From positions 32,001 to 96,000 of the forward strand of contig JBHHXN010000002.1 of the NCBI GenBank assembly GCA_046757025.1: a stretch of DNA of 64,000 nucleotides, written 5' to 3'. Under the pieces are notes generated by a model. It was not told where the DNA came from. It made no database searches and was given only the letters and a program-made list of their open reading frames with translations. The stretch comes from a bacterium (GTDB taxonomy: Bacteria > Zhuqueibacterota > Zhuqueibacteria > Oceanimicrobiales > Oceanimicrobiaceae). Each line of letters opens with the position of its first letter. The first letter of the stretch is position 1. The position numbers and the translations under genes were made by a program. Shown here one piece after another: positions 43,910 through 54,351 of the stretch.

Positions 43910-45688
43910 ATGGAATTCGATAAAAAGACAATTTTAGCATTTTTGCTTATAGGATTAATTTTAATTGTCCTGAATACAGATTTTTACCAAAAGAACTTTT
44001 TACCCAAACCCCCACAAAAGTCCACGGAATCCAGTGAGCACCCGAAAGAATTACAAAAAGAGTCCGTGGTTCCACAAACGAAAAAGGCTGAGGCGACACC
44101 TTCACCAGCTATTCAAGAATTAGAACCCGCCGAATCGTCGAAATTGTTTACTGAATTTACTGGCGAAGGTGATGAAATAATAGTTGAGACAAATCGTTAT
44201 CGAGCAAAATTTTCGACAAAGGGAGCGACTCTAATTTCCTGGGAATTCAAAAAGTACAAGTTGGTTCAGGGCCCGAATGTACAAATCATCGGGAACGACG
44301 GACAAGGAAATTTAGCATTGCTTTTACCAATTGAAAACGACACCTTGGATACCAGCCACTTATTATTTAATGTAAACAAAAGGGAGGTTCTTCTATCAGA
44401 AAAACATCCGAGTGCGAATTTGGAATTCATCCTCGATCTAAAAAACAATCAAAAGATTAAAAAGACCTTCACGTTTTATCAGGATCGATATGATGTAACC
44501 ATGAAGATTGAACTTTTGAACATGGGAAATTTGGTGGATGGGTTTTCATACTTCTTGTCTTGGAAATCGGGTCTTCAATCAACCGAACCCGATTTTAAAC
44601 TGGACATGAGTAGTGCAAAAGCGTACGCTTACCAGGGGGATGCTGAAGTGTTTAATGTGGACGATGATTTTGATGCATCCGAATGGGATAATCCGACGGA
44701 TTGGGTGGCAATTCGTACTAAATATTTTATGGTTGCTGCCATTCCAAAGGATGTGAAAGCGCAGGGAGTTAAATTTACAGGGACTAAGGTTGAGATAGGG
44801 AAAAAAGAGCCGTGGAAAAAATACGGATTTTATCTGCAATTGCCCTTTGAAGGTCAAAAGAAGAAGGTTGACACATTTACAGTTTATACTGGTCCTATCG
44901 ACTATGATATTTTGAAAAGTTACAATGTCAATTTAGAAAAAATGATGGATTTAGGTTGGGTGATTTTTAGACCGTTTGCCAAATTCATATTGTGGAGTTT
45001 TGTGGCTCTACATAAGATTATTCCGAACTATGGTGTGGTGATTATCATTTTTTCAATATTAATAAAGGTTTTGCTTTATCCCCTAACAAAAAAAAGCTAC
45101 CAATCGATGAAGGAAATGCAGTCTTTGCAGCCGCTCATGACAGAGATAAACGAGAAGTATAAAAATGATCCCCAGAAAAAGCAGCAAGAAATAATGAAGC
45201 TTTACAAGGAGCATGGCGTGAATCCCCTTGGGGGATGTATCCCCATGGTGCTCCAAATGCCGTTGCTCATTGCGCTGTTCAATGTTTTTCGCTCTACAAT
45301 CGAATTGCGCCAGGCAGAGTTTATTTGGTGGATTACGGATCTTTCAAGACCGGACACAATCGCGACACTGCCAAAAGCAATTCCGCTTTATGGAGATACT
45401 GTGAACATACTTCCTATATTTATGGGTGTAACTATGTTCATCCAACAAAAATTAACGATGAAGGATCCGAAACAAAAGGCGATGATTTATTTTATGCCGA
45501 TCTTTTTTACTTTATTGTTTAACAGTTTTCCTTCTGGATTGAATCTTTATTATGCGTTATTTAATTTGTTTTCAATTTTTCAGGAAAAGTTGATTCCACA
45601 TAAACCAAAACCGCAGGCAGAAGTAAAAAAACCCCAATCCAGAAAACGACGGATTAAGCACGATTATAAGAGAAGGTATTATAATTAG
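43910..45688 (+). CDS. yidC: Membrane protein insertase YidC
   Basis: Periplasmic domain plus 'NYG..II', 'NPLGGCIP...QMP', 'WITDLS.PD', 'PSGL.LY'. Confidence 0.96.
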   Translation: MEFDKKTILAFLLIGLILIVLNTDFYQKNFLPKPPQKSTESSEHPKELQKESVVPQTKKAEATPSPAIQELEPAESSKLFTEFTGEGDEIIVETNRYRAKFSTKGATLISWEFKKYKLVQGPNVQIIGNDGQGNLALLLPIENDTLDTSHLLFNVNKREVLLSEKHPSANLEFILDLKNNQKIKKTFTFYQDRYDVTMKIELLNMGNLVDGFSYFLSWKSGLQSTEPDFKLDMSSAKAYAYQGDAEVFNVDDDFDASEWDNPTDWVAIRTKYFMVAAIPKDVKAQGVKFTGTKVEIGKKEPWKKYGFYLQLPFEGQKKKVDTFTVYTGPIDYDILKSYNVNLEKMMDLGWVIFRPFAKFILWSFVALHKIIPNYGVVIIIFSILIKVLLYPLTKKSYQSMKEMQSLQPLMTEINEKYKNDPQKKQQEIMKLYKEHGVNPLGGCIPMVLQMPLLIALFNVFRSTIELRQAEFIWWITDLSRPDTIATLPKAIPLYGDTVNILPIFMGVTMFIQQKLTMKDPKQKAMIYFMPIFFTLLFNSFPSGLNLYYALFNLFSIFQEKLIPHKPKPQAEVKKPQSRKRRIKHDYKRRYYN

Positions 45689-45732
45689 ACCGTCAACCAG
45701 TTGTTAATAATTATCGGATGTAATCATAGCTA

Positions 45733-45765
45733 AGCCCTGCCAAACGAGTGGGGCTGTTTTAATTT
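45733..45765 (+). terminator. Possible intrinsic terminator after yidC
   Basis: AGCCCTGC...GTGGGGCT stem (with G-U pairs) followed by GTTTTAATTT. Confidence 0.45.
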
Positions 45766-45842
45766 AAGAGCTGCTCAATGAATAATAGTGTAAGTATTCC
45801 AAGATATTTTTTGGGCACAGAAAAATTTAATTTCGCGAACCG

Positions 45843-47294
45843 ATGAAAAAGCTGGAAGATACTATCGCCGCGATTTCAACCCCCGCCGGTTCCGGTGGAA
45901 TTGCAGTATTGAGACTAAGCGGACCTAGAGCAATAGAAATAGTCGCCCCTTTATTTAATGGCGCCGTTAAATTAATAGATGCCGAATCGCACAAGGCGTA
46001 TATAGGAAACATACCTGTCTTTGCACCAGAGGGACTTAAAAACAAATCTAACGAAAAAAATCATGAGAAGTATGCGTTATTCGACGAAGTGATTGTGACC
46101 GTGTTTCGGGCGCCGAGGTCGTATACCCGAGAAGATGTTGTAGAAATTAGCTGTCATGGAGGTTATTTATTAAGTAGAAAAATTTTAGAAAAATTAATCG
46201 ATCGGGGAGCGCGTCTGGCAGAACCCGGAGAGTTTACCAAGCGAGCTTTTTTAAACGGACGATTCGATTTGAATCAAGCGGAAGCCGTGGGCGATATTAT
46301 CCAAGCGGCCTCTGAAATGAGTTTAAAATCAGCGCTTTCGCAGTTTCAGGGGGCGTTATCAAATAAAATAAATAAGCTGCGAAAGGGCCTAATTGAGGCT
46401 TGTTCGCTCATTGAGCTTGAATTGGATTTTGCAGAAGAAGATTTGGTATTTCCTGAATTTAAAGAAATTGAGAACAAAATTTATGGCATCAAGAAGGAAA
46501 TTAAGAATCTGTTAGACTCTTATCTGCGTGGACGAATTTTGCGCGATGGAGCGAAGCTTGTGATTGTTGGCAAACCCAACGTGGGAAAGTCCAGCTTGTT
46601 AAATGCGCTTCTGAAAATCGATAGAGCAATTGTTACGGAAATTCCAGGCACCACGCGCGACGTTTTGGAAGAATCCCTCAACATTCGCGGTTTTCTTTTT
46701 AGAGCTGTGGACACAGCTGGCGTAAGAGAGACTCAGAACGTGGTTGAGAAAGAAGGTGTGAACCGAACCTTAAACCAAGTTGAAAACGCGGATATCGTTT
46801 TGGTGCTGTTTGATGCCAGTCAAAAGATCGATTCCCAGGACGTGCAATTCGTAGAGCGAATAGGCCGGTTAATTGATGATTCGCGACAATTTGGTCAGAA
46901 TGTCATTGCGGTGTTGAACAAAATCGATTTGCCGCAAAAAACATTTAAAAACGAAGTAATACGACGATTTGGATTTTCAGATACGTTGGAAATCTCAGCC
47001 AAAGAATTGCTTGGCTTCAATGAATTGGAACAGGCGTTGGTAAAAAAAGCATTTGGAAAAGAGAAGGTAGATTTAATAGATCCGTTGGTGTCGAACATTA
47101 GACAAAAACAAGCCTTGGAAAATGCAGCTCAAGCATTAATTTTAGCAACTCAAACACTGAAAAAGCGAATGTCTGCCGAGTTTGTTGCGGTCGATGTTAG
47201 AGATGCCATAAAGAAATTAGATGAAATTATTGGTGAAGTATCTACTGAAGAAATTCTAGGAAATATTTTTGAGAATTTTTGCATTGGAAAATAA
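45843..47294 (+). CDS. mnmE: tRNA modification GTPase MnmE (TrmE)
   Basis: 'DTIAAISTP', 'GKPNVGKSS', 'GTTRD', 'DTAG', 'NKID', C-terminal 'FCIGK'. Confidence 0.97.
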   Translation: MKKLEDTIAAISTPAGSGGIAVLRLSGPRAIEIVAPLFNGAVKLIDAESHKAYIGNIPVFAPEGLKNKSNEKNHEKYALFDEVIVTVFRAPRSYTREDVVEISCHGGYLLSRKILEKLIDRGARLAEPGEFTKRAFLNGRFDLNQAEAVGDIIQAASEMSLKSALSQFQGALSNKINKLRKGLIEACSLIELELDFAEEDLVFPEFKEIENKIYGIKKEIKNLLDSYLRGRILRDGAKLVIVGKPNVGKSSLLNALLKIDRAIVTEIPGTTRDVLEESLNIRGFLFRAVDTAGVRETQNVVEKEGVNRTLNQVENADIVLVLFDASQKIDSQDVQFVERIGRLIDDSRQFGQNVIAVLNKIDLPQKTFKNEVIRRFGFSDTLEISAKELLGFNELEQALVKKAFGKEKVDLIDPLVSNIRQKQALENAAQALILATQTLKKRMSAEFVAVDVRDAIKKLDEIIGEVSTEEILGNIFENFCIGK

Positions 47295-47299
47295 ATTAA

Positions 47300-47315
47300 T
47301 GTTTCACGTGAAACA
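47300..47315. promoter_or_regulatory. parS centromere site
   Basis: Perfect palindrome TGTTTCACGTGAAACA between mnmE and mnmG. Confidence 0.93.
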
Positions 47316-47338
47316 CAAAAAGATGAATTGGTAGCCAT

Positions 47339-49225
47339 TTGAGTTTTCATAATGAAGAAATATATGACGTGGTGGTAGTAGGGGGCGGCCACGCTGGAAC
47401 AGAAGCGGCACTGGCAGCTTCTCGCATGGGAGCAAAGACTTTACTGCTGACAATGAATATCTTTACCATTGGTCAGATGTCTTGCAATCCCGCCATCGGC
47501 GGGTTGGCAAAAGGACAACTGGTGAAAGAGATCGATGCATTGGGCGGAGAAATGGCTATGGCTACTGACGATGCAGGAATTCAATTTCGTATGCTCAATA
47601 AATCCAAAGGGCCGGCAGTATGGTCGCCGCGAGCGCAATGCGACCGCACAGAATATGCTCAGAGAATCCGGCGCGCTTGTGAATTGCAAGATGAATTAGA
47701 TATTAGACAGGGGATGGGTGTACGACTGAAAGTGAAGAATACTAAGGTGATGGGTGTTTACACCGAAACAGGTAGTTTGATCAAGGCGAAAACGGTCATT
47801 TTAACGGCGGGCACTTTTTTGAATGGAGTCATTCACATTGGGGAAGTTCAATATTCGGCCGGGCGTGCTGGCGAATTTTCTTCACAGGGAATTACCGAGT
47901 CTCTACTGGAATTGGGATTTAAAGCTGGGCGTTTAAAAACCGGCACCCCTCCGCGCATCGATGGCTCCACCATCGAATTTTCTAAAACAGAAATTCAACC
48001 AGGTGATGAGGAACCGATTCCTTTTTCATTTCAACACGATTCGATCTCTGTGGAGCAGCTTCCATGCTATTTAACCTACACCAACCCCAAAACCCATGAC
48101 GCTTTGCGGAAAGGATTTGATCGCTCCCCAATGTTCACGGGTCGAATCAAAGGCGTTGGTCCGAGATACTGTCCATCCATTGAGGATAAGATCCACCGAT
48201 TTGCGGAAAAAGAACGGCACCAAATTTTTTTAGAACCCGAGGGAAGAAACACGTCAGAGTTTTATGTCAACGGCTTTTCCACAAGCCTTCCTGAAGAAAT
48301 CCAATTCGAAGCCCTTAGAACGGTTGCCGGTCTGGAGTGGGTTAAGATTACGCGCCTGGGTTATGCGGTTGAGTATGATTATTTTCCGCCGACACAACTG
48401 AATCCCAATATGGAAACGAAGCGAATAGAGAATTTATTTTTTGCGGGTCAAATAAATGGTACCACGGGCTACGAAGAAGCGGCTAGTCAAGGATTTATGG
48501 CTGGCGTAAACGCCGTGTTAAAATTGCGGGATCGCAAGCCCTTTGTCTTGCAGCGCTCTGAGGCTTACATTGGCGTCCTCATCGACGATCTGGTGACCAA
48601 GGGCACCATCGAACCATATCGCATGTTTACCTCCCGGGCTGAGCACCGCTTGTTGTTGCGCCAGGATAATGCCGATTTACGCCTAATGAAATATGGATAT
48701 GAATTGGGACTCATTTCGCCGGAGCAATTTGCACACGTTGAATTGAAAAAAACTCGAATTGGCGTTGCCATAAATGAATTAAAGGAATGCAGGGTTGCTC
48801 CGCAGACAATCAATCCAATATTAAATAAAATTAAATCATCAGAAATATCAGAAAAAGAATCCTTGTGTAATTTGTTAAAGCGTCCTGAAATTGCACTAAA
48901 AGATTTGGCAGAAATCGGCCAACTGGAGATTTTGAACAACTGGACAAGCAAGGAGTGGGACGCGGTCCGGGAACAAGTGGAAATTGAAATTAAATACGAA
49001 GGGTTTATTGATCGGCAAAACCGGCAAACTAAAAAGCTCATGAACCTGGAAACCGCGATCATCCCAGAGAATTTTGATTTTACAAAAATCAATGCGCTGT
49101 CTGCGGAGGCGCGAGAGAAATTAAATGAAATTCAACCCCAAAATGTCGGACAAGCCAGTCGTATATCCGGGGTGTCGCCGGCTGACATTTCGGTGCTTTT
49201 GATATATCTAAAAAAATCTCAATAA
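47339..49225 (+). CDS. mnmG: tRNA uridine-5-carboxymethylaminomethyl modification enzyme MnmG (GidA)
   Basis: 'VVGGGHAG.EAA', 'MSCNPAIGG', 'GPRYCPSIEDK', 'AGQINGTTGYEEAA', 'EPYRMFTSRAE'. Confidence 0.98.
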   Translation: MSFHNEEIYDVVVVGGGHAGTEAALAASRMGAKTLLLTMNIFTIGQMSCNPAIGGLAKGQLVKEIDALGGEMAMATDDAGIQFRMLNKSKGPAVWSPRAQCDRTEYAQRIRRACELQDELDIRQGMGVRLKVKNTKVMGVYTETGSLIKAKTVILTAGTFLNGVIHIGEVQYSAGRAGEFSSQGITESLLELGFKAGRLKTGTPPRIDGSTIEFSKTEIQPGDEEPIPFSFQHDSISVEQLPCYLTYTNPKTHDALRKGFDRSPMFTGRIKGVGPRYCPSIEDKIHRFAEKERHQIFLEPEGRNTSEFYVNGFSTSLPEEIQFEALRTVAGLEWVKITRLGYAVEYDYFPPTQLNPNMETKRIENLFFAGQINGTTGYEEAASQGFMAGVNAVLKLRDRKPFVLQRSEAYIGVLIDDLVTKGTIEPYRMFTSRAEHRLLLRQDNADLRLMKYGYELGLISPEQFAHVELKKTRIGVAINELKECRVAPQTINPILNKIKSSEISEKESLCNLLKRPEIALKDLAEIGQLEILNNWTSKEWDAVREQVEIEIKYEGFIDRQNRQTKKLMNLETAIIPENFDFTKINALSAEAREKLNEIQPQNVGQASRISGVSPADISVLLIYLKKSQ

Positions 49226-49229
49226 AAGC

Positions 49230-49931
49230 GTGTTTCACGTGAAACATGAAAAACAGGTGGTGACAAAAACCGCGTTAGATTTGACGTCGTTGAAGAATAA
49301 ATTTGAGAATTGCGGCATTACACTCACTGACAAAATGTGTGAGCATTTCCAGATTTATTATAGCGAGCTCATCAAGTGGAATAAAAAAATAAACTTGATT
49401 TCTAAAAATGATGAGGTGCGCATAATCGAGCGACATTTTTTGGAGTCGGCCGCACTCTCGTTGATTAATGAATTTAATCGTGAAGCAATCGTTTTAGATC
49501 TGGGTACCGGGGCGGGATTTCCTGGAATTCCATTGAAGATTGTGAGCAAAAATATAACCCTGACTTTGTTAGAATCCAAACGAATGAAGGGGCTTTTTTT
49601 AAGGAGCGTGGTGGAAAAGTTGGGTTTCACAAAAATAAATGTGGTGTGTAAAAGAGCTGAATCGTTTGCAAAGAGTGCGGGATGCAAAAATAAGTTTGAT
49701 ATGGTCGTCTGTAGAGCGGTAGCCGACCTGAAACAAACATTCAAATGGGCGTTGCCGTTTTTAAAAGTAAATGGTAAAATAATCACCATTAAAGGCAGTA
49801 ATTTTCTTCGTGAGATAATAGACTTGAAATTAGTTCATCCCCAATTAGAAATTACCTTTTCTGTGTTACCGCTTGAAACGAAAATCGGTACCCAGACGCG
49901 TCAGATAGTAATCATTCATCAAAATTCATGA
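49230..49931 (+). CDS. rsmG: 16S rRNA m7G527 methyltransferase RsmG (GidB)
   Basis: 'WN..INL.S', 'RHFLES', 'LDLGTGAGFPGIPL', 'CRAV'. The start is uncertain because the first codons (MFHVKH) are a parS site. Confidence 0.93.
   Translation: MFHVKHEKQVVTKTALDLTSLKNKFENCGITLTDKMCEHFQIYYSELIKWNKKINLISKNDEVRIIERHFLESAALSLINEFNREAIVLDLGTGAGFPGIPLKIVSKNITLTLLESKRMKGLFLRSVVEKLGFTKINVVCKRAESFAKSAGCKNKFDMVVCRAVADLKQTFKWALPFLKVNGKIITIKGSNFLREIIDLKLVHPQLEITFSVLPLETKIGTQTRQIVIIHQNS
49231..49246. promoter_or_regulatory. parS centromere site
   Basis: Perfect palindrome TGTTTCACGTGAAACA at the mnmG/rsmG junction. Confidence 0.93.
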
Positions 49932-52900
49932 ACGCAGCAGATAAAATATTTGATCTTTTCCAGAATGCGCCGCCTGTAAAGCGAATTAACGAACTGCTTT
50001 TGAAAAAACAAAGCGTGGGGGTCAAAGGTGCTTATGGGACGCAGAAAGCGCTGTTGCTGATAAATTTTTATAAAAAATTGTCGTCACAAATCGCCTTCAT
50101 TTGTTGTAATGCCCATGAAGCTGAAATGGTGAAAGAAGAGGTGGGGGCGCTTTTAGGCAGTACAGCGGTTTCTTACTTTACTACCGGTGTCAACCAAAGG
50201 TTTGGATTTGAGTATTCAAGTTATCTGGCAAAATCAGAATGTTTATATGCATTAGAACAACTTGCTGAAGGCAAGCCACACATAGTACTAATTCAGAGTA
50301 AAAGTTTGTTGCAGGAACTGCCCTCCAGATCGAGTTATGTTCAACAAAAAATAACTATAAATGAAAAAGACCAAATTGATTTTCAGGATTTAGTAAAAAA
50401 GCTGAACGATTTTGGTTACTTGCGAGAGTATCGAGTTGAACAGGCGGGGGAGATGAGTGTACGAGGCGGTATTGTGGACGTGTTTCCTTATTCAGCAGAC
50501 CATCCCATTCGAATTGAATTCTGGGGCGACCAGGTCGAATCCTTGCGGAAATTTGACCCGCTTTCTCAAAGGTCTTTGGATAAAGTGAAACATATAAATC
50601 TATATCCACAAGAATTTTCCAGTGTGGACTCGAAGTCAAAGGCTTTGTCGCAAAAAAAAGTGAAGACGAATGTGCTGGATTTTCTAAAGCCGGACGCGCT
50701 GCTGGTTTTAGATGAGCCCGATTTAATCCGCAGGGAATTTGTGGATGTTGCATCCACTGAGATTGAGCTTGATGAAATCGATTCGCGAGCAACGAATACC
50801 GAGGACGATCGTTGGAAAACAATTGAAAGCCGGATCAGTCATTTTCAACAAGTAAAATTGTTTTCCATTGGCGCGGGCGACTACAAAGTTGTCGACTTGA
50901 AATCGCGGCCACTGGATAATTTCAACGGCAACTTAAAATTATTAGACACCTACCTGAAAAAAATAAACCAAGAAAGTAGCGCATCGGGAAACAATTTACC
51001 CATTATTTATTTTCTTTGTGAAAATCTCAACCATGCCAATCGTATGGAAGAAATATTCGAAGAAGAAGGGATTATGACACCGAATTTAAAAGTCGCGTCA
51101 TTGGGTTTACATAATGGCTTTGTATTTAATGCTGCCAATCTGGTTGTGATTACCTATCATCAATTTTATGGAAGATTAAAACGGCTCAGACTACCGCGTA
51201 AATCACACAAAGGATTGTCTCGTCGGCAGCTAAAATTTCTGAACCTGGACGACTACGTGGTGCACGTCGATTTTGGTATTGGGCGTTTTAAGGGCCTGAA
51301 GAAAATTAAAATCAGGGGCCACGAAAGAGAGTGTTTGCATCTTGAATACAGAGATGGCGACAATTTGTATGTCAATCTTGACAAAATGGATCGAGTTCAT
51401 AAATACTCCTCAAAAGAGGGGATGCAAGTCAAGCTCAATAAATTGGGAACAGCGGATTGGCAAAGACTTAAAAACAGAACCAAGAAGAAAATCAAAGACA
51501 TTGCCCAGGAGCTTATTGAAATTTATGCAAGACGAAAATCTCAAGGAGGTTTGGCCTTTTCCCAGGACACACTGTGGCAAAAAGAATTAGAAGCGTCCTT
51601 TCCATTTGAAGACACCCCCGACCAAATTAAAGCATGTATCGACGTGAAGAAAGACATGGAAAGTAGTAAACCCATGGATCGTTTGGTTTGTGGGGATGTC
51701 GGATTCGGAAAAACCGAAGTCGCAGTTCGAGCGGCATTTAAAGCGGTCACCAACGGGAAGCAGGTCGGTATGCTGGTACCGACGACCATATTGGCCTATC
51801 AGCATTTTAATACCTTTAAAAACCGGTTGGAAAAATATCCCATTGTGATTGAAATGCTTTCGAGGTTTCGAACAAAATCCGAACAAAAGAAAATCTTAGA
51901 GAATATTAAAAACGGCAAAGTAGATATTTTAATCGGTACTCACAGGATTTTATCAAAAGACGTTTTTTTTAAAGAATTGGGCCTTTTGATAATTGATGAG
52001 GAACAACGGTTCGGAGTCAGACAAAAAGAGCGATTGAAACAGCTAAAGGCCACGGTGGATGTACTTACGCTCACAGCCACCCCCATACCGCGCACGCTAT
52101 ATCTTTCATTGATGGGGGCGAGAGATATTTCAAATATCAACACACCGCCACGGAACCGGCTGCCCATTGTCACAGAGATTATGCCGTTCAATAAAGCCTA
52201 TATCCGTGAAGTAATCTTAAATGAGCTGGAACGCGGTGGCCAGGTGTTTTTTGTCCATAATCGCATTCAAACCATCGATCGTATCGCTTCAATGTTGAGC
52301 GGTCTAATTCCCGAAGCCGATATCGTAGTCGCCCACGGGCAAATGCACGAAAAAGAACTGGAACAGGTGATGATCGAATTTATGGATAGAAAATATCACA
52401 TTCTGGTTTCAACAATGATTATTGAAAATGGATTGGACATGCCAAACGTGAATACGATTATTGTCAATCGGGCAGACAAATTAGGATTGGCGCAACTGTA
52501 TCAATTACGCGGCAGAGTCGGGCGGTCTCACCACAGGGCGTTTGCTTATTTGCTCATTCCCCCCATTGAGACCCTCACCGATGAAGCCATGAAACGATTG
52601 CGCGCCATCGAGGAGTTCTCCGAAATAGGTTCTGGCAGTCAACTCGCCATGCGGGATTTGGAAATCAGAGGCGCCGGCAATTTGTTAGGAGCCGAACAAT
52701 CCGGGTTCATTGATGCCCTTGGATTTGATCTATATAATAAAATCTTGGATGAGGCAGTTAAAGAACTCAAATCGGAAAGCGCGGGTGAATCTTATGAAAG
52801 TCGCGAGCTGAAGACCCGGGTAGAGATCGACTCCGACGCCTTCATCCCGGATGATTATATTGAATCGAGCGCGGACCGGGTGGATGTTTATCGAAGATTA

Positions 52901-53341
52901 ACCGAAAGTACAGGGCTCGAGGAAATAGAAAAAATGGCATCCGAACTCAACGATAGATTTGGCCGACCACCGGTGGCGGTGACAAATTTGCTCAATTTTG
53001 TGAAATTGAGAATCCTTGGAAGTAAGCTCGGCATTCAACAGATTCAAATCGATCAAAACCAAATGGTGGCAAAATTTTCACCCAAACTGTCTGAGCAATC
53101 AGGGGAACCATTTAAAAACTGGCTGGGTTCAATGGTGGTAAACGCGTGTTATCCATTTGAATTTGTTCAGAGTGACGGCCTGGCAATTAGAGTGGTGTAT
53201 GCTGAATTTAACAAAGACCCTCTCTTGCTGAGTTGCGAATTTTTACAAAGTTTCAACACCGCACCCGTAAAAGAAGATCAGATTCCATACAACGATGCAG
53301 AGAATCAACTCATCGTTCAAAATCGCCGATTGATAAATTAA
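49928..53341 (+). CDS. mfd: Transcription-repair coupling factor
   Basis: UvrB-like 'GE.SVRGGIVD.FP', RID 'DYVVHVDFGIG', 'CGDVGFGKTEVA', 'DEEQRFGV', 'TATPIPRT', 'QLRGRVGR', 'DLEIRGAGNLLG'. Confidence 0.97.
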   Translation: MNAADKIFDLFQNAPPVKRINELLLKKQSVGVKGAYGTQKALLLINFYKKLSSQIAFICCNAHEAEMVKEEVGALLGSTAVSYFTTGVNQRFGFEYSSYLAKSECLYALEQLAEGKPHIVLIQSKSLLQELPSRSSYVQQKITINEKDQIDFQDLVKKLNDFGYLREYRVEQAGEMSVRGGIVDVFPYSADHPIRIEFWGDQVESLRKFDPLSQRSLDKVKHINLYPQEFSSVDSKSKALSQKKVKTNVLDFLKPDALLVLDEPDLIRREFVDVASTEIELDEIDSRATNTEDDRWKTIESRISHFQQVKLFSIGAGDYKVVDLKSRPLDNFNGNLKLLDTYLKKINQESSASGNNLPIIYFLCENLNHANRMEEIFEEEGIMTPNLKVASLGLHNGFVFNAANLVVITYHQFYGRLKRLRLPRKSHKGLSRRQLKFLNLDDYVVHVDFGIGRFKGLKKIKIRGHERECLHLEYRDGDNLYVNLDKMDRVHKYSSKEGMQVKLNKLGTADWQRLKNRTKKKIKDIAQELIEIYARRKSQGGLAFSQDTLWQKELEASFPFEDTPDQIKACIDVKKDMESSKPMDRLVCGDVGFGKTEVAVRAAFKAVTNGKQVGMLVPTTILAYQHFNTFKNRLEKYPIVIEMLSRFRTKSEQKKILENIKNGKVDILIGTHRILSKDVFFKELGLLIIDEEQRFGVRQKERLKQLKATVDVLTLTATPIPRTLYLSLMGARDISNINTPPRNRLPIVTEIMPFNKAYIREVILNELERGGQVFFVHNRIQTIDRIASMLSGLIPEADIVVAHGQMHEKELEQVMIEFMDRKYHILVSTMIIENGLDMPNVNTIIVNRADKLGLAQLYQLRGRVGRSHHRAFAYLLIPPIETLTDEAMKRLRAIEEFSEIGSGSQLAMRDLEIRGAGNLLGAEQSGFIDALGFDLYNKILDEAVKELKSESAGESYESRELKTRVEIDSDAFIPDDYIESSADRVDVYRRLTESTGLEEIEKMASELNDRFGRPPVAVTNLLNFVKLRILGSKLGIQQIQIDQNQMVAKFSPKLSEQSGEPFKNWLGSMVVNACYPFEFVQSDGLAIRVVYAEFNKDPLLLSCEFLQSFNTAPVKEDQIPYNDAENQLIVQNRRLIN

Positions 53342-53449
53342 GAGTCCTTTTCACAAAATTCATTGACGGGGCTTTAGCATAAAACCGCGATTTACTAGAA
53401 TTGAAATGAAAATAGAAAGACCAGTACAGATGAGTCAAATAAAGAGGAA

Positions 53450-54349
53450 ATGATGATAAGTGAAATTAAAAATGCGGTAAATTTCAAAACGACATTATTG
53501 GTTTGGACCTGTTTGTTGATGATTCTTTTTGGGGGGTGCAAGCAACATCACAAAGAAGGACTGGTAATCGCTAAAGTTGGTAAAAAAAGCCTTATGCTTC
53601 ACGACGTTCTGGAAGAAATTCCTCCACAATTTCGGAAGAATTTAACTTCATCAGAAATTAAAGAATATGCTCTGAGATGGGTCAACAACGAAGTTTTATA
53701 CCAGGAAGCCATGAATCGCGAGTTGGATAAAAGTCAGAAGTTTCAGAAGGAGTTCGAGAATCTCAAGAAAGAACTCTTAATAAATGAATTAATTGAAGAA
53801 TCGATTAACAAGAAAATTAAAGTGACCGATCAGGAAATTCAGAAATACTACGAGGAAAATGGCGACAGCTATATTTTATCTGAAGACATCATACACGCGT
53901 ATCATATACTTGTACAAACCAAAAAAGAAGCAAACGCCATCAGCAAACGATTAAGTAATAAAAAAGAAGCTTTTTTAGATATTGTGAAGGAGACTTACAA
54001 GGATTCTTTGACTTCCGTTGATTGGGATTTGGGTTACTTTTCAAAAAGTGAAATTATTCCTGAAATTGCAAAAGTAATTTTTAATTTGCCGGTAGGTTCG
54101 CATTCCTATCCTATCAAATCCGAGTTTGGTTATCACATCATAAAAGTCGTCGATAAGCAGAAAAAAGGCGAAAAGAAAAAACTCGCGCTGATCAAACAAG
54201 AAATAAAGTTGAAAATCGAAGAACTAAAAAAGCAGAGAATTTATCAACGATTTTTACTCCAAACAAAAAGTAATTTTGAGATCAATACCTACTTTCCGTT
54301 GTTAAATTCAGTCGTAATCGATTCATTATTTCGCAAAGGAGACGAATAA
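53450..54349 (+). CDS. Parvulin-type peptidyl-prolyl isomerase lipoprotein (PrsA/PpiD-like)
   Basis: Lipobox 'LFGGC'; 'HIL', 'DLGYF', 'PIKSEFGYHIIKV'. Confidence 0.85.
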   Translation: MMISEIKNAVNFKTTLLVWTCLLMILFGGCKQHHKEGLVIAKVGKKSLMLHDVLEEIPPQFRKNLTSSEIKEYALRWVNNEVLYQEAMNRELDKSQKFQKEFENLKKELLINELIEESINKKIKVTDQEIQKYYEENGDSYILSEDIIHAYHILVQTKKEANAISKRLSNKKEAFLDIVKETYKDSLTSVDWDLGYFSKSEIIPEIAKVIFNLPVGSHSYPIKSEFGYHIIKVVDKQKKGEKKKLALIKQEIKLKIEELKKQRIYQRFLLQTKSNFEINTYFPLLNSVVIDSLFRKGDE

Positions 54350-54351
54350 AA

